Of a DNA stretch of 64,000 nucleotides, positions 28,933-39,209 are shown piece by piece; positions within the stretch are counted from its first letter, which is position 1, and each line of letters opens with the position of its first letter. The notes under the pieces were generated by a model, which searched no databases, was not told the DNA's origin, and saw only the letters and a program-made list of their open reading frames with translations. The position numbers and the translations under genes were made by a program. The stretch comes from an uncultured virus (IMG/VR IMGVR_UViG_3300038312_000396) (lineage: Duplodnaviria; Heunggongvirae; Uroviricota; Caudoviricetes): the IMG/VR virus record IMGVR_UViG_3300038312_000396; one strand, 5' to 3'.

Positions 28933-29988
28933 TTAATCTTTTATTGTGAAGCCGTAAGATGCCAAACATTCAATTATTTCATCTGCTGTCTTAACTCCCA
29001 AATTACGTAACCTCAACAACCCACTTCGTGTCATTCCTATCACGTCAGAAACATACCTTTTATTTGCGTTTCTTAATACCTTACACGCTTTGTTACTCAA
29101 TCCTATATCTGTAAGCTTCGTTAAAGCTGTATCCACCGTACTTACATCTATACTGTCCCTTTTCTTTTCATTCTGTGAACACATCTTGACGTATTCGTTT
29201 GTTAAGTATGAATTTTTATCTTTTAGTTGATTGATTTCTCTTTTTTGGTTTAAACTCAACTCTACAGCCTCTCTCAATTTATTTTTAAGTATATCTATTC
29301 TGTCTACAGCAGTAAAATACTCCCTATGCTGTATTCTTATTGCACGTATCATTTCTTTCTCTCTTTGTTGTACAGTCGATTTTGTTACTTTTAAATATTT
29401 CCCACATGCCTCAAATGTCAACTTGCGAATATACCTAAGTTCTATAATTTCTTTGTACTTCTCTTTAAGCCCCTCAACTACAGCTAAAAACTCCTTTAAG
29501 TTAAACTGCAATACTTCTGAGGCAATACTAGCAACACGTAATCTAAGAATTAAATTGTAGGGATACCTATATAAATAGTTATATTTATTCACCTCTTTTG
29601 GTTCAGTTCGAATTAACTTATCTATCACATCATATACACTACCTAACTGCTTATGTAATGTTCTCGATTGACCCATTCCCTCTCCAGCATTAACAGATGT
29701 CCATAAAAATAAATCCAAAGCGAATACCAGTTCAAAAAGTTTTGAAATAAAGATTTCTTCTACTTTTTTTGTAGTCCGGTTGTTCCAGTCAAAATATATA
29801 TGTATTCCTTTCGTATCAACATGCCCTCTTACAATACTATTGTACCATAAATAAGTACGGGTTTCCATCCATCCCCGTGCTTTAAACCAATCTAAGTGAT
29901 TCCTAATCTCTTTATTTTCGCAAATATGAAGCACATTGTCTACTATTGCAAACAATGTTATTTGATTCTCCTTTAAACTGTCTGGCAC
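28933..29988 (-). CDS. Sigma-70 region 4 HTH / coiled-coil / alpha-CTD-like protein
   Basis: LKEKYKEIIELRY...LTFEACGKYLKVTKSTVQQREKEMIRAIR; C-terminal IGLSNKACKVLRNA...LLRLRNLGVKTADEI; YPYNLI. Confidence 0.8.
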   Translation of the reverse strand: MPDSLKENQITLFAIVDNVLHICENKEIRNHLDWFKARGWMETRTYLWYNSIVRGHVDTKGIHIYFDWNNRTTKKVEEIFISKLFELVFALDLFLWTSVNAGEGMGQSRTLHKQLGSVYDVIDKLIRTEPKEVNKYNYLYRYPYNLILRLRVASIASEVLQFNLKEFLAVVEGLKEKYKEIIELRYIRKLTFEACGKYLKVTKSTVQQREKEMIRAIRIQHREYFTAVDRIDILKNKLREAVELSLNQKREINQLKDKNSYLTNEYVKMCSQNEKKRDSIDVSTVDTALTKLTDIGLSNKACKVLRNANKRYVSDVIGMTRSGLLRLRNLGVKTADEIIECLASYGFTIKD

Positions 29989-30195
29989 TTTAATACCCGC
30001 TTTCTTCTGTGGTTTTCTTTAGGTTCTCACTTGCAGCCGCTTTTTATCAACTCTATAGCTTTATTAGTGTGTGAAAAGACAAAACTGTGTTAGGTACTAA
30101 ACCAACACAGTGTAGCCTATCCCTCTATTAATGTCAGTTACTTTATCTACTAATTTAACCATTGTTTATGACCTTGACTTTTGGGTTTGCCCGAC

Positions 30196-31203
30196 CTATA
30201 AAAATCGGTTTTCAAGATAACCAAATACACTTAATAAATTCGGCATTACTCTCCATTTTCCATCTTGATCTTGCTGTGCTATCTGTATTCTATCTATCTC
30301 AGATTCAAGGATAAACTTTAAACTATTAAGCTTTAATGCAGTTTTGTTTGGTGGATATGGAATCCAACCGTTTCTTACTCTACCCTTGAACTCAGGTGTA
30401 TTTAACCATAGCTTTGTGTCGCTAACACTTAAACACGTTACCTGTCCAGGATTCAATATCTTCCTACTATCTACCCCTGCCCATTTTCTTCGATTTTCGT
30501 CAAAAGAGTATACTTTTGTACTGTATTCTATTCTCTCGTTGCCTACATTCTTAAAAGAGTACCCTACTGTTCGTGCTATGGGTACGTTGATGTATGCTGC
30601 GCCTTTGTCTCCATATACAAGTCTGGCAAGCATTACAATAGAAGCACTGTGTCTTCCAAATTTAGATGTATCCTGTACAGGGCTTATGATGTTTACCCTT
30701 TCAGTGTTAAGTTCACCTTTTATAGCTGAAAGATTGACACTATTACCTCTCCGTACTACCTTTGCGTTTATAGCTCCACATCTGTCTATAGCCTCTATAG
30801 CTTGGGCTATACCTACCTTTGCTTCCATACCTTTCCCGTTTAAAAGGACACAACCTATAATGTTTCCGTTGGGTTGCGATATAGTTTTAAGAACCGCCAC
30901 TTTATTGTCGATTCTTTGTCCTTGTAGGCTAAATTCCATTAAATTGTCTTTACCGCCGTCTGTTCGTATAAGTTCTTCTCCCGATATGATCGCATTTTCA
31001 CAAAACCCGTTCGCAACAACTTGAATTGTTTTAATCAAATCTACAGGCATAAGACTTTTTGACTCCCTGTCATAAAATACATAGCCGACAACCTCTGTGC
31101 GATCTAAAATCTTACCTACTAGCATTGCTTTCATGTTACTTTTACCCCCTATACTGATTATTTCAAAATCTTTTAATTTATTGTAATAGAATTGGGTAAC
31201 CAC
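30196..31203 (-). CDS. Two-domain hypothetical protein; C-half homologous to 7129-7860
   Basis: TVGYSF...PGQVTCLS...PEFKG...WRVMP...FGYL; likely start MKAMLVG. Confidence 0.7.
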   Translation of the reverse strand: MVTQFYYNKLKDFEIISIGGKSNMKAMLVGKILDRTEVVGYVFYDRESKSLMPVDLIKTIQVVANGFCENAIISGEELIRTDGGKDNLMEFSLQGQRIDNKVAVLKTISQPNGNIIGCVLLNGKGMEAKVGIAQAIEAIDRCGAINAKVVRRGNSVNLSAIKGELNTERVNIISPVQDTSKFGRHSASIVMLARLVYGDKGAAYINVPIARTVGYSFKNVGNERIEYSTKVYSFDENRRKWAGVDSRKILNPGQVTCLSVSDTKLWLNTPEFKGRVRNGWIPYPPNKTALKLNSLKFILESEIDRIQIAQQDQDGKWRVMPNLLSVFGYLENRFL

Positions 31204-31228
31204 TTCTCTTTTTGATTTTATTAATAAG

Positions 31229-31420
31229 TCAAACCCTGTCTAATATGTTAGCAGTCGTAAATGTGTTTCTTATTCTGCAAGGAACAGGAGATTCCGCTAA
31301 CAGTATTAGTCTTAACTCGTTCTTTGCGTCTAACGCAAAATAAGGTTCTTTTAAAAAGTATTTTTTTTGAATACTCTTTTGAGAGATTCCGTGCTTTTCA
31401 CCGCATATATGATTAAGGTT
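31229..31420 (-). pseudogene. Decayed copy of the NTase partner gene 24425-24820
   Basis: Translates to KKYFLKEPYFALDAKNELRLILLAESPVPCRIRNTFTTANILDRV*, close to the 24425 C-terminus; upstream disrupted. Confidence 0.8.
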
Positions 31421-31662
31421 GTCGTTTTACGCTAGGTATTGAAGTATTAATCACTTTTTGCTTTTATTGTCCCTATGAGATAACTCGGGTAATGCGCTTA
31501 AAAAGTCAAAAAAACTAACAGTTAAAAGTCCCGACCCTATTTTAAGTTATTGCCCTACTTGCATTTCTTTTATTTTATTACCGATACCTCTGCCATGTAA
31601 CTGCCCCTTTGAATTGCTCATTTTTTCAATGTCAAGATCAACAACAGATTCAACTTTTCAAA

Positions 31663-31977
31663 CTAAAAGTTTTCTAAATCTTGAACAGTCATTCCACCCA
31701 ATCCGGGCGATTCCGATAAGTCATTGAAATGCGCCTTTTCGTGCTGTGAATACATAAATTCAATCATTGCGAAGTTTGCTACATCAGTAAGATATTCTGT
31801 ATTCCCTGTCTCTTCATATAACACAAGTCGCTTCTTTAAATTATCTAAGGCACTAATTAAATGCTCACCGTAATTGGCTGCAATCGTGCCATACTTGTAA
31901 AAGCTAACTACCATACGGTTTTTTCTCAATTCGTCAAACTTAGTCGAGTACTCTGTTTTTAATATTTTTTCAACCAT
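31663..31977 (-). CDS. Phage-type helical protein, possible MazG-fold nucleotide pyrophosphohydrolase
   Basis: YKYG...YEETGNTEYLTDVANFAMIEF. Confidence 0.5.
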   Translation of the reverse strand: MVEKILKTEYSTKFDELRKNRMVVSFYKYGTIAANYGEHLISALDNLKKRLVLYEETGNTEYLTDVANFAMIEFMYSQHEKAHFNDLSESPGLGGMTVQDLENF

Positions 31978-32139
31978 CTCAATACCCCTTTAGGGAAGTG
32001 TTTCCGTACCTATTAAAGTGATTCCTAATTTCTTACTTCAAAAAACACTTAACATGTCGCTAGAACCGATTACACCCCGTATTAAATTAAAAGGAAAGTC
32101 ATTTAAAAGATACCGATAACTAAACTTTATTATCCTTAC

Positions 32140-33615
32140 CTATTCCGCATTTGTTTGTTGAGCTTTTAAACTTTCACTCGAATTTTTTATGTCTTGCATT
32201 AAATCATTTAATTCCTTGATCTTACAATTCTGTTCCTCAATTGTAGCTGCCATTTCCTGTGTTGAAGCGGAATGTTGTTCAGAAATCCCTGCAATGCTCT
32301 CCGTGTCTTCATTTATTCTTGTAAATAATTTATTTATGTTATCGATGACTTCTAGCTCTTGAACCACACATTCACCTAACTTGTCAAAAGAAACTTTCAT
32401 CACATTGAACCTTTCTTTAGTTAGGTTAGAAATATCTCTACCAACCTGTACCGCATTGTCTCCACGCTGTACTTTTTCATATACCACCCGTGTCTTTTCA
32501 ACTATTTTTTCTGTAATGGTATTTATCCCAAATACTAATTCAGCAGATTCGTCTGCTAGTTTTCTAACCTGCTCCGCAACAACAGCAAAACCTCTACCTG
32601 CGTCACCTGCATGTGCTGCTTCTATAGCTGCGTTTAGAGCTAATAGATTGGTTTCTTCCGATATCCTTTTGATGCCTTTTAATAGTTTGTTTATGTCTTC
32701 CGTATTTCTGTTTAACTCTTCCACAGTCAACAAAGACTCTCTAACCGCTTCATCTATTATCTCTATTTGTTTATTCAAATATTCCATCTGTTTTGCCGTA
32801 TCCTTAACAACTTCTGCTTCCGCTTTCGAGGTCTCTGCCATTGTTACCGTGAATTTATATGCGTCTGCTACCTTTTGACCTGCTACGTTCATTTTTTCAC
32901 TTATAGAGTATATGCTCTCAGCTTCAGTGGCAACGCCTTGTGCTGTTTCTTCTACCGCTATAGATATATCTTTTCCCGCTACATCTAACATGTTTATATT
33001 TTCTTTACACAGTCTAATCCTGCTGTCTAAATCCTCTGTGTTCACTTTAATTATTTCCGCAGTTTGCTTTAATTTGTTAAACAACTCCCTCATTTCGTTT
33101 TCTTTCTTACTGGCGGTTAAAATCATTTCACTTCCCCATTTTGTTACAAAGTATGAAAGTAATGCTACCATATTTATAACTGTAAACACATTCATAAAAG
33201 TCGAAAAATCCATCATGCGAAAAACAATATTCATTATAATTAATACAATGTTAACCGCTCCTGTAACACCAAAAAACTTAACTTTGTCTAAGTATAACGT
33301 AATAAACGATATTGAGATTATAAACGAAAATGAAGCCAAATCCATGTCAGACTTATCCATCTGTAATGTAACGTAAAAAGCTGTGAATATTGTGCAAAAT
33401 GAAAAAATGTAAGCGATGTACTTCTCAAATAGATGTTTAGATATTAAGTACTTTGCTATTCCTGCCATAACTGCAATAACTAATGCAGGTATGAAAAACA
33501 TATACTGTCCTGTAACTACTGCCAATAACATAAGTAATCCTGAAATTACTAAAAATACTTTTATGCAAATAGTGTTAACTTTTTGCATGTGAATGCCTAA
33601 TACCGAATTGTTCAA
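32140..33615 (-). CDS. Methyl-accepting chemotaxis protein
   Basis: [33 protein letters not shown] hairpin tip; multi-TM N-terminus. Confidence 0.95.
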   Translation of the reverse strand: MNNSVLGIHMQKVNTICIKVFLVISGLLMLLAVVTGQYMFFIPALVIAVMAGIAKYLISKHLFEKYIAYIFSFCTIFTAFYVTLQMDKSDMDLASFSFIISISFITLYLDKVKFFGVTGAVNIVLIIMNIVFRMMDFSTFMNVFTVINMVALLSYFVTKWGSEMILTASKKENEMRELFNKLKQTAEIIKVNTEDLDSRIRLCKENINMLDVAGKDISIAVEETAQGVATEAESIYSISEKMNVAGQKVADAYKFTVTMAETSKAEAEVVKDTAKQMEYLNKQIEIIDEAVRESLLTVEELNRNTEDINKLLKGIKRISEETNLLALNAAIEAAHAGDAGRGFAVVAEQVRKLADESAELVFGINTITEKIVEKTRVVYEKVQRGDNAVQVGRDISNLTKERFNVMKVSFDKLGECVVQELEVIDNINKLFTRINEDTESIAGISEQHSASTQEMAATIEEQNCKIKELNDLMQDIKNSSESLKAQQTNAE

Positions 33616-33648
33616 TTTTTTACCCCCCGTTTTTTATTAGCTATAAAG

Positions 33649-33810
33649 TTAATAGCCTCTTCTTATAGCGTCTTGTAGTTCTCTAATTTCTTTAATCACT
33701 TGATACATTAACTTGCTGTCTTCTTCATGCGCACGTGCTATCGCCACCTTGATGTCGTATAATTCATTTACCAGTCCCTTAACAATACCCCTGATTTCAT
33801 TATCTTGCAT
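33649..33810 (-). CDS. 53-aa helical protein (below ORF-track cutoff)
   Basis: AAAGGAG RBS; MQDNEIRGIVKGLVNELYDIKVAIARAHEEDSKLMYQVIKEIRELQDAIRRGY*. Confidence 0.6.
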   Translation of the reverse strand: MQDNEIRGIVKGLVNELYDIKVAIARAHEEDSKLMYQVIKEIRELQDAIRRGY

Positions 33811-33928
33811 AATTTGTCTCCTTTCAGTTCCTGTCTATAAGACAGTATCATGTCCCCTAATTAAGATTTAAGTATACCTAAGCTATTTATTAAACTTTTT
33901 AATATCCGCTTTTTTCATAATTACATGC

Positions 33929-34660
33929 TTAACCTCTGTTTCCTTTCTTAAAATGAGGTAGATATGTAGATGACTTAAACTGCTTATTTTCGCCTTTCCT
34001 GTAAGGTCTTACAAATATCTGTCTACCATCTTTTAATGTCCTGTGATGTCCCCTTACTGTCCAACTTGTGGTGTATTTCCGTTTTGTCTCATTTTCAGTA
34101 CCTGTAGTGTTATCCCTGTTGACCAATTTTACCTTTACCCTGCCAATGTACAACTCTCTCTTTTCTCTTTGCTTTTGATCTTGACTGCGTATATCGGAAT
34201 TCAATCTATTTGTGTTAACTTTGTTTTTTGTGATTTCTTTGACTTGTGTTGACTTGTAAGTAAGGTAAGATAAAGTAAATACAATATGTCCCTGTACCCA
34301 TGCCGCAAATTCATTTATGCCCGTGTACCGCTCATTAAGATAGGTGATTCGTGGCATCGCATTCATGTTTTTAACATTAAATGTGCAATTTAATATGTAA
34401 TGAAAATCGCCATTATGTCTGTAATGATAATAAACGTATGCCTCAATGTTAAGGTCATTATCTACGTTGAAAACCATGTATATTATTTTGTCTTTCTCAA
34501 TGAAACTGATTACCGCTGTATTGAAAATTACCTCGAAAGGTAACAACCAAGCACTCCCTTTCTCCCGTACAACAGCATCCATTTCCTCTTGAATTTTTCT
34601 GCGTACTCCCTCTGTAAGCACTATTGTATCCATTTCCTTAATCTGGTCTACAGTAAACAT
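33929..34660 (-). CDS. Phage-type protein with C-terminal VRGH.R motif
   Basis: WTVRGHHRTLKDGRQIFVRPYRKG. Confidence 0.65.
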   Translation of the reverse strand: MFTVDQIKEMDTIVLTEGVRRKIQEEMDAVVREKGSAWLLPFEVIFNTAVISFIEKDKIIYMVFNVDNDLNIEAYVYYHYRHNGDFHYILNCTFNVKNMNAMPRITYLNERYTGINEFAAWVQGHIVFTLSYLTYKSTQVKEITKNKVNTNRLNSDIRSQDQKQREKRELYIGRVKVKLVNRDNTTGTENETKRKYTTSWTVRGHHRTLKDGRQIFVRPYRKGENKQFKSSTYLPHFKKGNRG

Positions 34661-34785
34661 TTGATACCCCTTTTTTTCCTATTCTCTGTATTTGATGCAA
34701 GTAGATTTTAATGTTCTTTATAACGAAATAAGGTTCGCCGCTCTTTAACTTTCGTACCCTTTCTTTCATTATGAGATTTTATTGT

Positions 34786-35136
34786 TTAGCTTATTTGTGT
34801 TATGAAATAAGTATCTCTAACCGATCTTCCCAAATATCTCTTAAATAATTCCCATTGGTTATACTCCCTAAGTTCTAGCTCTTTTAGAATGTCATTAATG
34901 TCCTGTCTATATGGTGGTGGTACTCTGTCATTAATCCAGTTATCCACGATTTCGCCTTTGATTACTCTACGTCCTGCCATATATTCTACTGTAAAATCAA
35001 AAGGTATGTGCTCAACAGGTATGTTATCTTGAAGAATAAGCACTTTTGAATCATTGTCTTTGATAAGTACACCTATTTCCAGATCAGTTCTATTTTTTAA
35101 CTTCTTGAAAATGACAAATTTCTCTTGCATGTTCAT
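34786..35136 (-). CDS. HipA N-terminal-like (HipS-like) protein
   Basis: WINDRVPPPYRQDINDILKEL...GRSVRDTY; overlaps kinase gene. Confidence 0.6.
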   Translation of the reverse strand: MNMQEKFVIFKKLKNRTDLEIGVLIKDNDSKVLILQDNIPVEHIPFDFTVEYMAGRRVIKGEIVDNWINDRVPPPYRQDINDILKELELREYNQWELFKRYLGRSVRDTYFITQIS

Positions 35137-35884
35137 ATCTCCTAACTATATGTCTCCATATTGTATCTCTTCGGTCTCTTGAAATTACATTACTTAAATC
35201 CTTAAATAGTGTCTGTCTGTGTTTTTGACATAGTTTGTTTATTCCTATTTCCAGGTCTATTTCTTTTAAGTTATTAAGTAAACTTCTGCTTCCAATAAAG
35301 TTGTTTACATTCATGCTGTCTCCATAATAGTAATTCTTAATTCTTTCTTCATCTGTAGAAGAGTATAAGCTATTACCATTATCAAATAAAGGTAAAAACT
35401 TTAAGTTATTCTTACATAGCTCTATGTTTGCTCCGTGTCTGTCCATATTATTAATGATGTAATCGAATATAAACATTCTGTAAACGCCATATGTGTTCCC
35501 TGTTCTTTTCACAAACTCTAAAGGCGTTTCATGTTCCAGCTTTAATAGCTTGTATGCCTTTTCAAAAGAAATAGATTCTCGTCCGCCTGTGAAGTCCTTG
35601 CTAATACATAAATATGTCCAAAACTGTTTGCCGCCCTTACTAACACATGCATTATACAGTTTATAGTCCGCACAATCAATGCCTAATATTCTAGCAAGCC
35701 TACTGGCAATAACTTCTGAAATTGATTCTATACCATATACCCCGTGTATCTCATTATAAGACGACATTTTAACATGATATGTTACCTCACCCTTTTTTAT
35801 TGTGGATTTAGATAACATGCCCTGTGAGCTGCCTAAATTGCTGCTAGACCATTTTATATTAGATAAGTATATACAAGGTATCAT
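35090..35884 (-). CDS. HipA-like Ser/Thr kinase
   Basis: SSQGMLSK, SEVIAS, FDYIINNMDRHGANI, PLFDNG. Confidence 0.85.
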   Translation of the reverse strand: MIPCIYLSNIKWSSSNLGSSQGMLSKSTIKKGEVTYHVKMSSYNEIHGVYGIESISEVIASRLARILGIDCADYKLYNACVSKGGKQFWTYLCISKDFTGGRESISFEKAYKLLKLEHETPLEFVKRTGNTYGVYRMFIFDYIINNMDRHGANIELCKNNLKFLPLFDNGNSLYSSTDEERIKNYYYGDSMNVNNFIGSRSLLNNLKEIDLEIGINKLCQKHRQTLFKDLSNVISRDRRDTIWRHIVRRYEHAREICHFQEVKK

Positions 35885-36028
35885 AATGCCCTCTATTCTT
35901 GTGTTGCGACTTCAATACCCATTATTAAAAAGTTATTTCGTGCAATAGCTCTCCAGATAACCCTAAGTACGCAGAGTTGAAATTGTTTTCTATCTGTGTG
36001 CCACCTTTCTTACTAATACTTATGCCAG

Positions 36029-36955
36029 TTATTCCTTAGACTTCGCTCTTTTCTCTACAGGTAATCTATTTTCAATTCTAAACGCTCTTGCAAGTATCGC
36101 AACTGCTTCTGCACGTGTTAAAGGTTTGTTCCACCCAGATGATCCATCAGGTAAACCACAAATTATTCCAGAATAATTGTTCCAATTAATTGCTACTACT
36201 GTATCATGCAACATGTCCTTTTCACCAGATACAACTTTATCAAAGTTAGGATAATAATAAGGTAATGATAACCCTAATTCTTGTTCCTGTTCCTTGTGAA
36301 GCTCTGTGTTATGTTGGCTTTTATAAATAGGGATTGTTTTACTAGGTAAATCAGCAAAATATCTCTTGTCTGCCATAGACAGTATGATACCCTCTGTAGA
36401 TTCTATCTCAGCTAAATACTTATATATTAATGTAGCAACTTCTCCCCTATAAATAGGTTTATTCATATCTTTATCGCTATACAAACCAAAAGGAATGTCA
36501 TTAATGTGATAATAATATGAAATGTACCAACTATCCGTTATTTTATTTTCCATTGTAGATCCTTGTAATATTTCTGTCATTTTAGCTTTTGAATCACTGT
36601 CTAGTTTGCTATCTATGCCTTTTAATCTCCCTAACATTGTCCAAAACTCTGCTCTTGTTGTCTCTCTTGAACCTGCAAAAATGTCGCCTTTCGATCCTGA
36701 TCCATTTATGATACCCTTTGAAACCATTAATGCTAAATCTTTTTTATACCACTCTGTGCCGCTTATGTCACTAAATCTTTTAGGAAGTAATTCCATTATT
36801 TTTTCTAATTCGCTGTCTGAATATTCTGTAGCAGGTTTACCCCTCTCCCCGTCAACAATCTTGTCCACTTCCTTATAAAATTGTTCCTGTGTAAACCCCG
36901 ATAATATCAGCACTAATGCCAATAACACTATAGCGTATATTGTCCCTCTATTCAT
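36029..36955 (-). CDS. SLH domain protein, paralogue of 17499-19043
   Basis: FSDISGTEWYKKDLALMVSKGIING, SLPYYYP, PDGSSGWNKPLTRAEA shared. Confidence 0.8.
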   Translation of the reverse strand: MNRGTIYAIVLLALVLILSGFTQEQFYKEVDKIVDGERGKPATEYSDSELEKIMELLPKRFSDISGTEWYKKDLALMVSKGIINGSGSKGDIFAGSRETTRAEFWTMLGRLKGIDSKLDSDSKAKMTEILQGSTMENKITDSWYISYYYHINDIPFGLYSDKDMNKPIYRGEVATLIYKYLAEIESTEGIILSMADKRYFADLPSKTIPIYKSQHNTELHKEQEQELGLSLPYYYPNFDKVVSGEKDMLHDTVVAINWNNYSGIICGLPDGSSGWNKPLTRAEAVAILARAFRIENRLPVEKRAKSKE

Positions 36956-36981
36956 TTTTTAACAACACTCTCCTATTCTGT

Positions 36982-37278
36982 TTATTCTGCAACCTCTACA
37001 ACGCTGCAAACAAGCCACTTATTAGTATCTATATCCAATTCCTTTGCTCGTTGTCTTCCCCTATCAACCGCATCTTCTCTTGAAGTTGCTCTTACTGTGA
37101 CAGATTTAAATTCCAATATTCTTTCCGGATTAAAACACCAGTTGTTCTCATTGTCAGTAAAGTATACGTAATAATCTCGATTACGTACGGGATTACTTAA
37201 TTTGTATATAGCTTGTTCTTCCATCAGTATACCCCCTAATTGTTTAATTAAATTTGAACATATTCTGTCTTTAGCCAT
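36982..37278 (-). CDS. Hypothetical protein
   Basis: Likely start MEEQ after GGGGG RBS. Confidence 0.55.
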   Translation of the reverse strand: MAKDRICSNLIKQLGGILMEEQAIYKLSNPVRNRDYYVYFTDNENNWCFNPERILEFKSVTVRATSREDAVDRGRQRAKELDIDTNKWLVCSVVEVAE

Positions 37279-37508
37279 TTGCTACCGTCAGCGCAAGTCC
37301 ACTTTTCTATTATCTCTTTTGCTTCTTTAACTTTTAAAATATCCCTTGTTGTTATCGTAATACAGTTACGGTTTCCTTTTCTGCTATTCTTTCTTGCAGT
37401 ACACCCTGCACAGGTACAATCACCGTGAAATTCATAAAGCTTTTGGCCTGTTTTAGTATTCCCATTTTCATAACATACCCTAGATAGTGCCTCAATATAC
37501 TTTGCCAT
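37248..37508 (-). CDS. Small Cys-containing hypothetical protein
   Basis: HGDCTCAGC; AGGGG RBS. Confidence 0.55.
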   Translation of the reverse strand: MAKYIEALSRVCYENGNTKTGQKLYEFHGDCTCAGCTARKNSRKGNRNCITITTRDILKVKEAKEIIEKWTCADGSKWLKTEYVQI

Positions 37509-37522
37509 GTGAAAACCCCTTT

Positions 37523-38290
37523 CTACTCTTCATCTTCTTTATCGTCAAGTTCAAGTATTTCAAGCATATTGTCAATAGCTTCTTTAACCGATAGTCTAAA
37601 ACTATTGAATACGTTTACCTTGTCTGCAAATTCTGTTTCAAGCTTTTCTTCCTGTGTTTGATACGTAATTACTTTGTTAGAATGTGCTAACTCCAATTCT
37701 TTTATTTTTTGTTCGTATTCTGCTTGACACTCAACCGCTCTATTAGAGTACTTTAACTCTAATTCCTGCATTGCCTGATCGTGCTTTTCTCGGTTATTCG
37801 CAATAATAGCATCTTGTTCCGCTTTAAATCGATCAGACAAAGCTTTTTCGTCATTAGTCAACTTTTCTATTTCTTCTCTGATACCCTTTTCCTCTTGCTT
37901 TGCCTGATTTAGTAATTCTTGTCCGTCTAATGCCGCCTGTTCTAATAGCTCTTTTGACTTCTTTTCTGCATCAGTAATAAGGTCTTGAGCCACAAGCTTT
38001 GCATTATTTTCAAGTGCGTTAGCTTGCTCCTTTGCCTGATTAATTATACCCTCTGTTGTTTCATTAGCTTTTAATAAAGTGTCAGTAATCAAAATTTTTC
38101 TGTTTAAGAATTCATCCAGCTTTGATTTCAAATCACACACGTTGTTATTTGCAAGTTCCAAACTCTCTTTCAAAGTCTTTATTTCCGAATCTTTTTCTTC
38201 GACGTTATGTTCAAACTCTTGTATGAGTCTTAAAATGAAGTCATCAACGTCTTTTTTCTTGTAGCTCTGTAGCATATTCTCCGGTTTCAC
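37523..38290 (-). CDS. DivIVA-like coiled-coil protein
   Basis: N-terminal SYKKKDVDDFI (cf. GY...EVD.FL), then ITDTLLKA...II.QA...A coiled coil. Confidence 0.65.
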   Translation of the reverse strand: MKPENMLQSYKKKDVDDFILRLIQEFEHNVEEKDSEIKTLKESLELANNNVCDLKSKLDEFLNRKILITDTLLKANETTEGIINQAKEQANALENNAKLVAQDLITDAEKKSKELLEQAALDGQELLNQAKQEEKGIREEIEKLTNDEKALSDRFKAEQDAIIANNREKHDQAMQELELKYSNRAVECQAEYEQKIKELELAHSNKVITYQTQEEKLETEFADKVNVFNSFRLSVKEAIDNMLEILELDDKEDEE

Positions 38291-38313
38291 GCTAAAATCC
38301 CCCTTTTAACAAG

Positions 38314-38748
38314 CTATTGGTTATTCCTCGATTCTACTGTCTCGGCAACACTAGATTCAGTTGTATCGTCTGTCACCGCAGTCTCAATAGTTTCCTGTTC
38401 GCTTATTTCTTTCTGAATTTCTTTTTCTAATTGCTGTATCAGATACTTTAAGGCTTCATCTTTCGCCTTTCCTGCAAGGTCTTTAGATTTAACCTGTATC
38501 TCCTGATATATTCCCTGTATTTCGGGGCTGTTCTCTATATACTCTTTATAAGTGCTGTACCGGTTACGAATTATATTTTCCCACTCAATATCTGATTGAC
38601 CCCCTACTATACTTATAAGTCCTATTACTATTGCACCAAATAAAACAACTACAACCGCAAATTTAATTACTTTTTTCGCTACTGTCAATAAAATAACAAT
38701 CGCTACTACTGCCACAACCGCAAGTAATATGTAGTTAATATTGTCCAT
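38314..38748 (-). CDS. Membrane protein
   Basis: Two N-terminal TM helices. Confidence 0.65.
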   Translation of the reverse strand: MDNINYILLAVVAVVAIVILLTVAKKVIKFAVVVVLFGAIVIGLISIVGGQSDIEWENIIRNRYSTYKEYIENSPEIQGIYQEIQVKSKDLAGKAKDEALKYLIQQLEKEIQKEISEQETIETAVTDDTTESSVAETVESRNNQ

Positions 38749-38803
38749 CTCCTGTTTGCCCTCTTTAACCTTTCTTTTTAATTATACTCGTCTATACTTA
38801 TCT

Positions 38804-39205
38804 TTACCTACTGTCTGCACAATTCATGTCTATTTTGATAACTTCAACCGTCTCAATCTGCAAAGCACTGTTAATTTGCTTAATACCCTCTGTGTATGTC
38901 TTAAACGGTATTACTTTTCCATTTATTAATGTACCATCAATGACATAGGTATGACTGTTAACTTTAGTGATCACAACAAACTTGCCTTTGACACGAATAT
39001 TACTGCACGGATCAGATCTAAATCGAATACTTTCACCTTGTTTGCTTCTACAGGTTACAAGTCCAACCCAACCTCTTCGTAAAGTGTCCTTAACTTTAAA
39101 GGCTACATTATAACTGTCAGTAACAGTACCGTTTTGATTCGACAGTGACTTTTCTACAGAATATATGATCTTATTCAACAAACTTATTTCCTCTGCCTGT
39201 GTCAT
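38804..39205 (-). CDS. Paralogue of 26197-26613 lacking catalytic Cys/His
   Basis: DSYNVA...RRGW...FVVITKVN...YVIDG...Y...I..IN. Confidence 0.6.
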   Translation of the reverse strand: MTQAEEISLLNKIIYSVEKSLSNQNGTVTDSYNVAFKVKDTLRRGWVGLVTCRSKQGESIRFRSDPCSNIRVKGKFVVITKVNSHTYVIDGTLINGKVIPFKTYTEGIKQINSALQIETVEVIKIDMNCADSR

Positions 39206-39209
39206 TTAT

